Below, piece after piece: positions 22,243 through 36,435 of a stretch of DNA of 64,000 nucleotides. The notes below the pieces were generated by a model that was given only the letters and a program-made list of their open reading frames with translations, was not told where the DNA came from and ran no database searches. This DNA comes from Oculina patagonica (taxonomy: Eukaryota), in assembly GCF_052425735.1 (NCBI RefSeq), contig NC_135768.1, positions 16,120,001 to 16,184,000 of the forward strand, read 5' to 3'. Each line of letters begins with the position of its first letter. Position 1 is the stretch's first letter. The position numbers were made by a program, and so were the translations under genes.

Positions 22243-25200
22243 ACTTGGGGAACAAGTTGGGCTGAGTACAGTTTTGTTAACATGAATGAAAACTCTCGTC
22301 TATTTGCCTCAAAATACAGAACGATATTCGTTGTAAAGCTACGTACTTCAAGGCAAGACACACAACTGTCAAGCTCAACCCATTTGAAGAGAAGTTTTAA
22401 AAAAGACAACGCATTTAAATAAATGAAAGCAAGTGACGTGTTATTAGTCGCCCGTGAAATAATATGTGACCGTGTCACTGCCTTGTTCCAGGAATCGTTT
22501 CCTTCTAAATCAAAACTTGCTAGGGGTGGGAAAAAGCTAGTGGTTTCATTGAAGACAACTACTTTTGGTATATTTCTAGCTTTTTATTACAGCCATGAAA
22601 AGATCGTGACACGGCTTCTCCGCTGGTGTGACACTAGTTCACACTAGTTACACCGCAATGGATTTTATCGATGTGCGTCTCGTGATCTTTGCGGTAAAAT
22701 AAAATGTATGTTTAGCGAATGATTTTCTTTTCCTAAGAGAAAGCCAAGTATTCACAACAAGTAGGCAGTGATAATTACTCGCCGGATTCCTTATCTGCCT
22801 TATCGGTAAATCTGCAATGAGCTAGATTTGAAATACGATAGCTTGTTTTTACCGCGTGCAGTGACTATAGTCACTATATGAAAGTTTCGCTCTACTCGAT
22901 CGGCGGTCGGTTGCCGCTTTTTTAAGTTAATGTTCAAGTCTTCCACTGAGTTTGTATAGTCTTCATAATGAGAGGCGAAAAGCAAGTCTCCATCGCAGCC
23001 CGGCACTCGAGCCGAACCGGGAGCGTTGCGTCATTTCAGCCCGAGCGGCTGCGAAGGAGACTAACGAAAAGCAAGGCTAGTAGACTTCTAATGAAACAAA
23101 TACGCCGTAGCTATAGTGTTCGTAATCTCTCTGCTTTGTACCCTCTACTTACTGAAGCTGAGATGACATCCGCCAAAACTGGACTTTCTGTCTCGATGTT
23201 TTGTTTAACTTATACAGTATTAATAACCGCTACATGAATATTAATACAAAGATGTATCCGAGGCATTTTTCGGTTCGTATAAAGATCTACGGTCGGTTGC
23301 TTTTCCGTCGCTGTTTTTATCTTTTGACTAAAAGCGATAAACCCTCCACAGAATGGGAAATCCTTAGCATTGGGGAAACACTGGCCGCCGCAATATTTTT
23401 CGTAGAATCCGTGAAGAACATCATACGACTCTAGCTATGCTATCTTCAATCGATTGTCATCATTAAGCCCGCAGTATTTAATAAGGCGGCTGCTCTTTAA
23501 AAATTGGCGCGCTCTTCAGTAAAATTTATGTCAATAAGTCATTCCGCGTAAATTACATTCCGCATAATTATGCCATTCCGCAAGTCATGCCACATGCCAT
23601 TCCGCAAACTCATTCCGCCTTTTACCCTCACCGGTGCCAAACCCAATTGCAATTTAGTTCGGCACGGCGGAAGCACGACGTCTGAACTAGGCCTAAAAAG
23701 CCCAACGATTCAGATCATACGTTCTGAAAATAAAACCCTCTGAATGCTTTCTTCAACCTTTACAATTCATTATCTGTAATTTGAAAACTATACTCTCCCA
23801 AAAATAAACAGGGTCGAAAGTGGTTAAAACACACCGGCAAAAAGAAACGCTGGGGTTGCAGCAAGAAAAATAACTTTGTATTGTTGCTGTTAGTTATTTC
23901 CATAACAAAACATTAAAACATATTTGCAAACGAATGCCGGCAAGCATGTAGAGCCGTGTCGCTTTGTGATATGTTTGCCAGTCATTGGTCCAATCTAATT
24001 TTCCATATTCATGACCACGTAGATCCGAGGTGATTGTTTGTCAGTCAGAAAATTTCGCCGACGGGGTAAGATGTGAAGCGCTGCCTTCTTCACAAGAAGA
24101 AACTTTGGAGAAGAAATGATGGCGCCGCTTGGAGGAACACAGTACCACACTGTTCATATCCATGGTAAGCTGCCATTTCTTGAAATTTTACTTCAATTTA
24201 ATGCGAAGTATATATTTTACGCCGGTAAACGTTGCTCCATGTTTCAACACGTGTTCACCTTGAAACGTGCTCGGTTTACGTTTCATGTCGAATATCTTGT
24301 AAAAATGCTTCCAAACTTAAATGAATACTACAACTTGCAATCGAAGCTTTAAATCTCAAACCCTTTTTCGCCGAAAGTTTACTTTCTCTTACAAATTTTA
24401 TTTCTTTATCAAACTTTGTTCAGGCCTCTTGCATCTATAGCGCTGTACTAAGGACTTGTGTTCATTTCTTAAAATTTGATTGTTCTTAATATATTTTTTG
24501 CCTTTACTTTTAGAACCGGCAAGTCTTAAAGAAAGCCATATCTGCAAAAACGACGAGTGGAAGGATTCAAAGAGGGAAAAGTCCGAAGCTGCGGTGAATA
24601 ACACAAAGCTAAGAATGTAATTTGAAAGTTCAGTAACACCGAAACCTCTCCGAAGAAGCATGGCAGTTTCTTGTGCTAGAATTAGGCCAGAGATATCAAA
24701 AAGTACATGCCATTTGAAGATATGCTTTTTTGCGGTTGAAATAATAATTGCATTCGAAAGACATTCAAGTGCGGATAAAAACATGAGTAATAAATTTAAC
24801 TCTGCCATGTTCACTATCGGAAAGGTTATATGAAGATGCTTCGTCTGCACATGTTTTCAGGGCCTTTATATTTGAGTGATCAACCTAGCAAATTTACAAA
24901 ACCCGTGGAGGAAAAATTGACAGTCAAATTTGTCTCATTAGCCTTATTTTCTGGTATCTTTTTCACGGGTTAAAACAATTAAAACTTTCTTGATGGAATA
25001 AATACTTTAACAGAATTTCTTTACCAACTTGCCGAATTTTAATCATATTTGTTTGTTTTCATTTTCACTGAGGTCTGCAGTATTCATAAGCTCTGAAAAC
25101 ATGCGATAAGACAGTAACAAATATTATGCAGAGTATCTTAAGGTGGCACTGCATTTTAAAATCAAAACGTCGTAGCTCTTTGAAACTATTGGTTACGTGA

Positions 25201-26705
25201 CCATGTTAATGAAAACAAATTATGTTAGGATGTAATTGACTTGGAAATCTGAATTAAATGAAGTCAGCATTGGACAATCCATTCTTGCTCTCAAAAAAAC
25301 GACTTAAGAAAGAATACATTTTCTAACAGCAAATTTTGAATTAATGAGATATATGATAAATTATATTTGTTGGAAAGCATTTTCCTCGCTTAAAATCAAT
25401 TAAAAATATGTTCGTGTGGAATTTGTTGCAACTACTAAACATATTATTATACAATTACATAACGAGCAAAATTGATAGCAATTTTGAAACATTACAAACG
25501 AGGAAACAAATAAAGGTATTATCATGTTAGATTTCCAATACATTTTGTTTGCAAAATTCTTCAAGGAATTTTTCATTTCAACTTATTTCTTTGGTTAACT
25601 TCATATTTGGAACAATTATTAATTGACATGATTCGTTATATCAAAATTCTCTTTTTGTCTGCTACATATAAAATACATTGGCGTACGCCTATACATTCGA
25701 CATGCAGAGCCATCTTAAAATAACGTTAAGAGAGAATTGGGTTTATGAAATGATTGACATATACTAAATAAAAATGTAAAGACAGAATATTCTATTATTT
25801 TTTTCCGAGAAGTTTTCGGAAAGTTTCGGCTGACGGTCGTCGTGTGGGAGGGAAAATTTGAACTGTCAATCACAAACCCAATCTGTTCTCTTGTAATTTT
25901 TAGCGAGGCTGTATCGAATTATGTCTGGTCTCAGTTTGAAAAATACGACAAACTACAAATATAGTTAATCTCTCGATCTATTGATTTTTCTTTTTAACTC
26001 GAAGCGCACTTTACTAGCCCGGCCCCCCCTCCACGTGCAAAAGGTAAATGCAAATTAGATGCTGTTGACTGTATGAGGGTCAAATCCTTTTTGTTAGTGT
26101 TTCGTGTTTAAATATTTCATTTTTTCTTCATTTATCTAAAATGCTCGCATTAGTTCGTTATCGAGAAATATTTTTATCCAAAAGAAGTTACGGACGATAT
26201 TGTAAAGCAATACGTTTTGAAGTGCTTTTTGATAACCAGACATGAATCTTTAGAGCCTCTCTGAATATATCTGAGCTATTGTCAAAACCAGTTTCTGAAT
26301 GCCACACAGGACGGAAATTTAACTAACAACGCGCAAAGGTTTCAAAAAAGATTATTTGAATTAAATTATTTGATAAAATATACTCGAAAACATTTGGGTT
26401 TTTTGTGAAATTGCTTGCGCTAAATTAAAGTTGCGTCTAAAATTTTCTCCAGATTTTGCGATAATATTTTTGCTCCGTCTTTCCTGTTCTGTGTAGCAAA
26501 CCGAAACAAGTAATCTTGACATGGCTCGGTTTTATTTCTTGAAGGAAAAATGGCAAGCCATAGACGCAGTTCAAATCGGCTAAGAATTATTCGCAAATGT
26601 TTTTGTTTTGTCACTTAAAAGTGTACGGTGGTTACGGAATTTACTCGCGTTTTAGATTAACACATACGCGGGCTTTTCCTTTCGTAATCCTTATGGCTTG
26701 CCATT

Positions 26706-27104
26706 GATATCTTCTTGAAATATAGTGTATGATGATATCCCGTTAAATAGCAATGCCTTAAACGACTGATAGCTAGAAATATATTTACAGAAATGAGAAG
26801 AACAGGTTAAAATTGATACAAATGCGAAGTTTCTGCACTCTTATTTGGACATTGAGGAGGTGGGGACATTTTTGGAATCACTTTAGTCAAGAGAGTTTGT
26901 ATAGCTGGGTCTCAAGTCTCCCGGCTGTATAAACATTCTTAAATATTTCGATTTAAAAGTGTTTTCACCCTCTCAATGATGTGCAGAAACGTTGCAGTTG
27001 TACAAATTTTAACTTGCTGGTCTCATTTCTGTAAATATATTTCTAACTGCTCGTCGTTTTAGGGCTGCCTATTAAACAAGATATCATCATAAAATACATC
27101 ATCT
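26706..27104. repeat. Degenerate fold-back element
   Basis: atgatgatatc..tagaaatatatttacagaaatgaga pairs with tctcatttctgtaaatatatttcta..gatatcatcat. Confidence 0.7.
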
Positions 27105-30100
27105 TGCACACAGACATGTTTCTTGCAAAAACCGTTTATTCGGAAACAAAAACCTTTTTCTTTGCGCTTATGTGCAAGATGGTGTATATTGTTATTTTTA
27201 GCGGGAAAAATTCAAAGGGGTACCCCTTTAAAATTTTTGTCAACAAAATTGTCAGGGGATATGCTGTGCAAAATTTTCCAAATTTTCCCGCCAAAAGACT
27301 TAATATATATAGAAGGATTTTTTTCTTCACACCTTTGTAATTAATTTAATTGAATTTCAATAAACTAATTAAAGTTTATTCGTGAACAATTGCTTTTATA
27401 TTATTAGATAATTAATTATTATTGAGATCAATAAAAGAGACAATAAAGAAGACTTCAAAACACCTTTGAATGATGTTTATTTTATTGTGCAAATATTAAA
27501 TAATACTTCAATTATTTAAGTTACAAATACATAGCACTTTGATATTTGAAAAGAAAAGGCGCATGCGTATTTTGGGCGCCCATATTTTTCTAAGTCTTTT
27601 GGTGGGAAAATAAAAAACTACAGTGTAAATTTACTGAAAGTGACACAGAAGAAGTCAAAAATAAAAAACGGCGCATGCGTATTTTAAGCGCCCGTATTTT
27701 TTCTAAGTTTTTTGGCGGGAAAATTTAAAATTTTGACATAGGTTACCTTGTAAGCGAAGTTTGGTAATCAAGACAATTTTTTCCAAAACATAATTAAATA
27801 AAGAAAACAGTTTTAAATTTTGTACAAGATTAACAACAAAATTAAGCATATGAAGAAATTTTGGCTTTTCAAGACAATATTTACAAAACATTTTTGCAGA
27901 TGAGAAAATTCTAACTTGTTGTAGTAAATAAGCTTGTTTTCCAAACAACTTCATTTTTTTACTGACTTTGAAGCATTAATTTTTGCCATGAAAAAAAAAT
28001 TGAGTTGCAAATTTGGCAAACAGACAGTGAAGAAAAAAAATATAGCTTGTGATAAACGTGGAGGCTGACTAAAACTTGGGCTTGTTAGAGAAACATAAAG
28101 TTAGTTTGGGATACAAATTGAAATATATGATCAGGACACGCGCGACTTTGAAGAAAAAACTGTTTTGCATTACACTATCAGCCACTGAGAATATACTCAA
28201 GTTCTAAATAAAAGTTTTTGCGGCATTTCAATTTTAAATCCAGTAAATCAAGAATAACTAGAATATGACCCCTATACTTCTGATATTCTGCCATCTTTCT
28301 CGACTTATTAAACTGTAGTTGAAATAAGAACAAATTGTCGCGCACAAGTTTGAATGATTAACGTACAATGTAACACAACACCGCTAATTCTTAAGAGTCA
28401 CGCACGCCTCGATCATATTGTGACAGAAATGGATTAAATCGAAAAAAAAATTCGTCAAGATTTTTTCACAGAAGCCCAAATTCTAGTCTGCTCCGCCAAT
28501 TGCGATAAAAATTTGCTCACCAAACGTGTCACCGTAAAAAAGGTACTGATACCTAACAATAACTCAAAGTATTCAATGAGATGCAAAAGCATAAGAAAGT
28601 TCAGAGAATTTGTCGAAGTAAATAGCGATGTCTCCTTTCAAATTTAAAGCCAAATTGATTGGTTTTGCATCTCATAAAAGGTTGAACCTCATAAATAAGT
28701 TGAATCACGTGTTAGATATATAGTGTCTGTAATAAAGATACATACAGTTGGTTGAATTCAATTCTTAAAATCTGCTTTAATATGCTGGCTGTTTTGTGTT
28801 CCCCTCAGTATTTCGCTTGTCTTGTCTTATCCTTGTCTTGTCCTTGTCTTTTTCCTTGTCTTGATCTTTATTTCAGAAATCCTGAAATAAATACAAATAT
28901 TCAATTTAACACAAATAGTGCATCCTCAAACATTGATCTCTCAAGGGACTGTTCCACCGTAAGTTACGTTTTTTGACCGAACACTCGCTATGAAGCTTAC
29001 CTTTTGGAAAGAAATTACTTCTTTGAATTAAAATGACCAAACCACAGCTTAATTGCTACCAAATTTGTTTCCTGGGAATTATAATATAAAAATCACAAGC
29101 AAACAAGATTAACTTTGAAACCAGTTCAGCCCAACAACCTTTCAATAACCCATATCGCAATTAGTTTCAACCTTCGTTCGTTTTAGCCATTTTCTGTATT
29201 TGCTGTGTTATTTAACTGTTCCTTCAATGTTGCAAGAAGTAATTTTGATATTTCGCCGAATGTGATGCTCATTTCCCATTCCTAAATTTGACTTTAAAAT
29301 CCGTGACACACTCCCTTAAAGTATTCTTGCTCCTTTCCAAAGCTATTACTTGTCCTCATTGATGGTTGTTTGGGTAACTCTACATCCCCAGAGTGGAACA
29401 TTACCCAGTTAACGAGTTTCAACACCAGTTTGCTTAATTGACAATTAGACGTTGATTACTATTGGAAATTGCAGTACTGAAAAGAAACAGATATGCCCGT
29501 CAAAAAAGGAATCAGTTTGCAAAAATCTTGAATTAAATTTAACCATGAGCTAAGTATCGATTTAGCAATTAAAATTAAAAATCTTGCTTTCTTTAAACGA
29601 ATTGAAGTATATTTGTCATTATTCAGTTGAAAGTGAGGATGTTAAAATCGAAACACGAGTGTGAAATGTTGTTATGACGTGGAGATCGAAACATTGTCAG
29701 TTAAATTTTAAGTTATCTTTCAGTTTGCAGATGTTGAGTTCAAAACATGTTTTTTTAGTTAAAATATCAAGCTATCTGTCAATTGTCAGTAAGAATGTTG
29801 AGATTAAAGCATGATTCGTTAGTTAAGACAGTGTTCGTACTTTTTTGAAATTTAATGACTTTCCATGACCTTTCCATGTCCTCAATTTGCCCAATTTGCT
29901 TTTCTTATTGATTTTATGTACGTTTTTTGTCCTTCTCTTTACCAAAAAATAACCTGCCAAATTTATTTTGTACAATCAATATCATTTTCCATGACTTTCC
30001 ATGACCCACACTCAAAAATTTCATGACTTTCCAAACCTGGAAAATAAAAATTGTAAGATTTCAAGACTTTCCAGGTTTTCCGTAACCCCTACGAACCCTG

Positions 30101-32219
30101 TTTAAATACAAGCTAGGGCACCTGTCAATTTCAAAAAACTTGAAACAACAGTCAAAATTTTTAGCCAGTTAGGATTCTGAAATTCTTTGTCAATTAAAAA
30201 TCAAGCAATCTGTTAGTTTTTAGTTAAGATGTGAGTATTGGATGCATAGATCAAAACATAAATTCCCTCATTTAAAAATTGAAAGGTGAAATTCATTCCA
30301 AAATTGCACTTTTTTCTTCTTCTCCTTTACGCGATCTGTCTGCATGACTTGTCAATGGGAATTTAAGGTATCTTTCAGTTGTGCAGTAAGGAAGTTGGGA
30401 TTTAAGCAGGATTGTTAGATAAAATTGCAAACCATATTTTAGTTGTCAGAAAAGACATTCTGATCGACACATGATTTGACAGTTGAAATTTTAAACAATC
30501 TGTCTGTCGTTGTTTAATTAGGACGTGAGATGAAAACACGATTTGCAAGTTAAAATTTGTAGTCATTTGTTAGTTATCAGTAAGGATGTTGAGATTTAAA
30601 TTTAAAACCATCTGATGTTGAGAGCAAAAAACAATTTTCAGAAAATATTCAGTCGTCTGTCAATTTTCAGGAAGGATCAGTAAGATCGGAAATGATTGTC
30701 ATAATTTGTTCCATCTCCTTTCGGTCTTTCGATAATTCAGCGAGGAAAAAGTGGTAAAACAAAGAAATCAAATCGTTTTTAAGCGTTTCAAGTTAGTTTT
30801 CAAATCATCAAACAGTTATCAGCTATTAAAACGCTGTAAGTTTCACATATAAATGTTTTCAAAGTTTTTGCCTGTAAAAAGTGTGTAAAAAGTGTAAGTG
30901 TAAATGAAATTGTTTTGCCCTGTTTGCTTTTTTAATTATTAAAAATGATCGAAAATTGAATTATTACTTATACTATCAAGGCATTGAAAAACAGACGAGT
31001 GATCTTACGTGACGAGTGTGTCTAAATTCTAAAAAAATTACCCGAAAAAAACATATTGAAATCACTGGGGAGAATTCAAAGCTCGATGGGGGGGGGGGTT
31101 AAAGTCGAAAACCTGGCAATTTTGTTACTGTGAGGTTGTTTGGTATACATTGGCTTAGCCTAAACATTCAATAGCCAAACTCTGTACGTTTTAGAAATTT
31201 TCGTAAACATATCCGAAGTTTTTCCGATTCTTTTGTCCAATCAGAAATTAAACGAGCATTACCGAATAGTTGCTACTGACGTCATCTGTTTATTTTTATG
31301 ACAATACTTTGTTACTAAGCTGGCAACAACTTGGCAACCGTGGCGTACTGGGCATACAGTGTAAAATTCCCATTAAAATAAGAGAAAATTAAACTAACCT
31401 GTCAGAGATGTCTTTTGCTCCATTACTGTTCGTTTGATGTTGCAATGTCATAATGCATGTCTTCCTTCAGAGACTGAAATGTAAAAAATGATTTGATGAG
31501 CATATTGCTAGAAAATTACTTCTGGTTATTTTGGAATCATGTAAACAGGCCCTAAGAACCTACATAAACTGAATCAGGTTCTTACATGGATGATTATCGC
31601 TACAAATGTAGGCTATTTAAGTTCTCAATAAGTTCTTTTTTTCTAAAAGAAAAACCATTTTTGTGAATGGACTTTTTGGTGACCAGTATGCAGTCTTTTC
31701 CTTATATGAAATTTGCATATTATTTTATTTAAATCTTTTTGGATTGTATCAATATGATTTTCAACAATGGCATTTACATTGCAACTGGAGTGATAAGGCC
31801 TTCTGGGAGTCTTAAAAGAGGATCCAGAATGTCGACTTATCTTATTTCCTTTAAAGTAAACATTTTTTAAAACGCCATTTTGGAAAATAAAAACCTATTT
31901 CCAAATAAAAGTTTTTATGGGAGTCTTACTGGCAAATTTTAGCCTAATAGGTTCTTAAAAATTAGGTACACATTTGTACTGAATTCCTTTCAATATAACG
32001 GTATAAAACATTAACTAACCTTCCATAGATGAACTTGGCCCCTGCAATGGTCCTTTGTACAATGTTCCGAGTTGTTATCGTCTGCCTGATGAGAAATACA
32101 AAACCGTAATTTGTGAGCGAATGATTACTTGTCATTGTTTTGTTTTGTAACGTAACGTAACGCTCTCTAGGACAAGGTGCAAAGGATCATCATCATCTCA
32201 TCATCATCATCATTTGTTA

Positions 32220-32415
32220 GGGACGGACAATTATTTTTTTGGAGGGGGGGGGGGTATGAAAAATATTGAAAAAATGTTTGAAGGGCCTACAAAGGCAAAA
32301 TAGATTGTTTGCAAACACAATATGTATGACAAAAAAGTTTGAATTTCGAAAAGAATGTTTGCAGAGAGTTAAATAAAAAAAGTTTGGTTTTCCCAAGAAA
32401 ATAATTGTCCGTCCC
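32220..32415. mobile_element. Harbinger-type MITE (TTA TSD)
   Basis: tta|gggacggacaattatttt ... aaaataattgtccgtccc|tta. Confidence 0.85.
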
Positions 32416-34342
32416 TTAGCCACTTTAGATTACAGCAATCATTACGGTAAGGCAAGGAGATCACCACACTTATAGGGGAGGCCACCTTGGTTAGCGATAT
32501 GTTAGTAATTTAGTTGTGGATGTGCGGCTAAGTCAATTCAGACTCAATTCATTAAAAAATTCAATCATTTTTTTCTTAAAAGTAGAAGGTCTAGTCGAAC
32601 CAGTGATCGATGTTAGGAGAGAATTCCAAGAATAGGGATTCCAGAGCTATTAAAGAATACCGGGCCATTCATCAACTATCTCTGAACGCGTTGTAGAACG
32701 AAGAATATAGAAAAAAATGAGCCATTCAAATTCAATTCTTAATAACTGATCCGGGTTTAACAGGCCGTTCCAGTTTTCCGTATGTGACCAGAAATGCAAT
32801 GCGATAAGTGACATTTGAGGATAAACAATTTCTCGTGATCTGAAAGAGCCTAAAACCCTAAACATAAAACTGCCTGTTAAAATATTCAATACATTTACAG
32901 TTATAGATTTCTGAATTAACGCTACCGAAAGTGTTCTAGAAATAAATAATTCCAGACATTGCAATATTCCGGTCCAAGAATGTCGCCGTTATAAAATAAT
33001 GCATGTTGCAAACTCTTAATTCAATGAAAAAGAGCCGTTGTACGAAATAAGATAAAATAATTGAACCGAAAACACGTCTTAAAGTAAACAAATTATTTCA
33101 TCTTTAGATTAACTAAAGTAAGTAATAAAACGTAACGTTTGAATGACATACCGTGAACACGTCAAGAAAACTCTCATGTCTTTACTTCAGTTCTTCTACT
33201 CGCTGGCTGTTTCTGGCTTTCAAGCCGTCTCATGCAATCGAATTTCGCTCTAAAAATGTTTCTCCAATAGAATTTTCAGTCTGGAACATGCTTGGCAAAG
33301 ATTCCTCTAACATGGAAACGGTATACGGCGAATTTTAAAGCAAGAAGTTCAAGGAGCCGAATTTCTAAACACCGCGTGTAAAATTGTTGAAGAACATGAA
33401 TAGTCAATGAGGGTAAAAATATTTGAAATGCAAATTCAAGTTGAGCTTTCACTGACGATGAAGGAGATTGGGACCAATAATAGGGGTCACCAATAAGGTT
33501 GTCTCAAAGATGATCGCAATTTCCCAAAAAGTTGCTCGAACGTTGCGCTAAAATATCCAGAACGTTGCTTTTAAGGAGGAAATTTCTTCAGATATATATG
33601 TAAATTTATAATTGATGTAAATAGTTTTAGTATATCTCTTTTTATTTATTTTTTTCTTGTTGTTTTTGTTTATATTCGGAGAAATTATCATTTTATTGCT
33701 ACTCTGGAAATCCGAATTGAAATAAATTTTATTGATTATATTGATATGCTGAATGACGCATCTTCAGAAATTACTCGTGAATTTTTGGCAAAAAAAATTA
33801 TCAGATCTAAAAGAGGTGTGGCTTTGACACTTGCACACATAAGTCATGTGATGGCACTTGTTCTTGTGCGAAGGTCACACCTGTTTTAGATCGGCAGATC
33901 GGCTAATATTCACATCTAAATTCCTCAGCATTAAAACAGTAGGAGTCAACAACCAAAAAGGCCATTTTGCGAGGTAGATTCCTATTGTCCAAATGTTAAG
34001 ATATTCAAATGACAATATCAGCCGAACTACAAATAGGTGTGACTTTGACATTTACCCACCATAACTGTCTATTACTTGCAGCTGCCAAAGTCATAATGTA
34101 ATTATTTTGCTAGTAAAAAGAAAAAATCATACGACAAGTGAATGATCAAAATGACTGTTTTATTCATTAACAGTTTCAGTTTTTTTGTAACACACTTTTT
34201 ATAATTAGGTATACGTACAAACAATCTTAGAACGCTATAGTGTATTAGTACATACTAAAACAGTAAATACGCAAACTACGGATATCCTTTGCTATTCACC
34301 TCCGAGCAACTCGCGAAAATTGCAATCTTTGACAGGAATAAT

Positions 34343-34620
34343 GGCCGTTTTCACACTAGAAGACGGACAAATTGTCTAGACGGACAAGTCGTCTGACGAC
34401 TTGTTCGTCTAGTGTGAATTTAAGACGGTTTATGGACGACTTGTCCGTCTAGACGACCAAGTCGTCCTCGAAAAATCGTCTTCCTAGACGGCCAAATCGA
34501 CGGACAAATTCCAACGATTCAAAATCGTGTCCGTCCCGTTTTCACACTAAGACGATTTGTCCGTCTCAGACCGGATTTCTCCGTCTCGACGATTTGTCCG
34601 TCTTTAGTGTGAAAACGGCC
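34343..34620. mobile_element. Harbinger-type MITE (3-bp TSD aat)
   Basis: aat|ggccgttttcacacta ... tagtgtgaaaacggcc|aat; internal gacggacaa repeats. Confidence 0.88.
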
Positions 34621-35117
34621 AATGAGTAAAAAATAATCATTTGTGGGTTATTTTATCTCACCGTTTTAGTACATGCTAAAATAACTATTCACCTCAGTGT
34701 TAGTGGCCAATGGTGGATATTTACCTCGCACTAGCCACCGACACTGAGGTGAATAGTTGCTAACTATACTTTAAGTTTTAAGAGTGTTTTCTATAAAAAT
34801 ACAAACATTTTTTACAAGATGTAGAGTAAGCTGAAACTCGTCGCTTTTCTTAATGTAATGGTACGTATTCACATTTGGTAAGAATGGAATGATTTGCTGC
34901 GGACCATTGTTGAGTACATCCTTGTGTAGACCAGTCCCTGAACTCCCTCTTCTGAACTTCCTCCCTTATAGGGGTTGAACCCAGGCGCGAGAAGAGAGAG
35001 TCCAGAATAACTTGCATGTACATGCGCTAGTTTTCCCCCCGAAATCGGGGGAAAAACATATTTGGCAGCACTTTTGAAGACGCCCGCGCACAGACTTCTT
35101 ACTGACCACGTACTTAA

Positions 35118-35469
35118 AGGGACTATATCACAGATTTTACCAGATGTTTGAACCGCCAAAATTTATATTTGTGTCGCATGAAAACTAAAAAATTATAGTC
35201 CATTTTTATTAAAAATTGCTTTATTAGAGCACTAAAACTGTTAACTAGCATCTTTGGCTGCAGATGGCTCGGATTGAAACGCATTGCAATTTGAAAACGT
35301 CAGGCAAACGTTTTCAAATTGTTACCGCGAGTCTTTAAAAAATCGATATTTATAGCCGTACCTTGACTTTAGATGTTCAAAGATAATGTTTTTTATGGGT
35401 TAAGTTGCCTTCCACTAATTTCAGAACAGTAAGACTAAAAATCTGCGAAATCTCCGTGACATTGTCCCT
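35118..35469. mobile_element. TTAA-flanked MITE (Kolobok/piggyBac-type); family copies at ~8452-8880 and ~63384-63750
   Basis: ttaa|agggactatatcac ... gtgacattgtccct|ttaa; internal similarity to the other copies. Confidence 0.8.
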
Positions 35470-36435
35470 TTAAGCGGGATCACCAGGAAAAACTTTAAGA
35501 AGAGCCTAGTTTGCCATAGTATATACAGAAAAAGATAACGACCAAAATACAATCGCTTTCCGTGAACTATGCGCGCGGAAGAGAGAGTTCAGGGACTGGA
35601 CTTATCGTTGTGGTATTATTTGTTGTTGTTGTTGTGGTGGTGGTGGTAGTGAACGTTATACGTTCCTTTTGTGACCATTCCAATGAATTTTTCAGCAGTA
35701 CATTACTGCGGCACTGTTCATTATTCTTTACAAAACGGTTGGTGGTTTCGTCTTTTAACATTTTACTATTTATTTGAAATTTAAGTACTACAAAATTCCG
35801 GTGGTAAGCCTTCGGCTAAGAAGAAACAATTTAACCTCTCACAATAAATAAATTGAAAGAAAACCACTCCGATTACTCGCAGTAATCGCATCACTGCGGT
35901 TGGGTTTGTTATGGTTAATGTGGTAACTGAAGTCAAGCAAAAAATAAATGGCTAAGTTTTTAAAAGTGAACGCAAGCGCGTGTATGGTTTAAAGCCTCTT
36001 TTTCTTAATACAAGGCCATTCAGGAAGAATAACAGTTTTTTGGAAACCATGAATGGAAACTTTCACTGCTGGAAGTATGATGTATTACAAAAAATTGCAT
36101 TAATGTGTTGAAACATTGGATACAATAAGCAGTCATTTTGGATTTTGAAATCCCGCGTACCGCCATTTGGAATCGTATGACGTCATATGGTTACCAAGCA
36201 AAAACCCACATTAAATATGCCATGTTAAATAGACACACATAAGGAAATGCAATTTTGTCCTTTTATTTTCAGACAATGTGACAGGTCTGAGCTGATTCTA
36301 ATTTTGCCTTGTTATAATTATGTACACGGATAGGGGTAACATTATGACGTCATCAGTTCGAAGATGGTGCTGCGCGGGAGTTTCGTAACTCCAAATGACT
36401 TACACTCCTGTCTCATTTTCTATAAACACTTATTA

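Larger units (their letters stand above)
17322..23633. mobile_element. Non-autonomous long-TIR DNA transposon with 9-bp TSD (Mutator-like)
   Basis: ~165-bp TIRs starting cggtgagggtaaaaggcggaatg / ending cattccgccttttaccctcaccg; TSD gtgccaaac at 17313-17321 and 23634-23642; ~1.75 kb without the Gypsy insert; no transposase recognised. Confidence 0.85.
16373..23693. mobile_element. PIF/Harbinger-type non-autonomous element (left TIR missing) hosting nested insertions
   Basis: Motifs aatttagttcg and gcacgRcgtctgaa recur at 16380-16520, 17275-17320 and 23634-23693; right end tctgaactaggcc|taa. Confidence 0.6.

Noticed and set aside
24398-24850. 150-aa minus-strand ORF with a hydrophobic start (MAELNLLLMF..)
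   Set aside because: No domain or linked exons found; overlaps an equally weak plus-strand candidate
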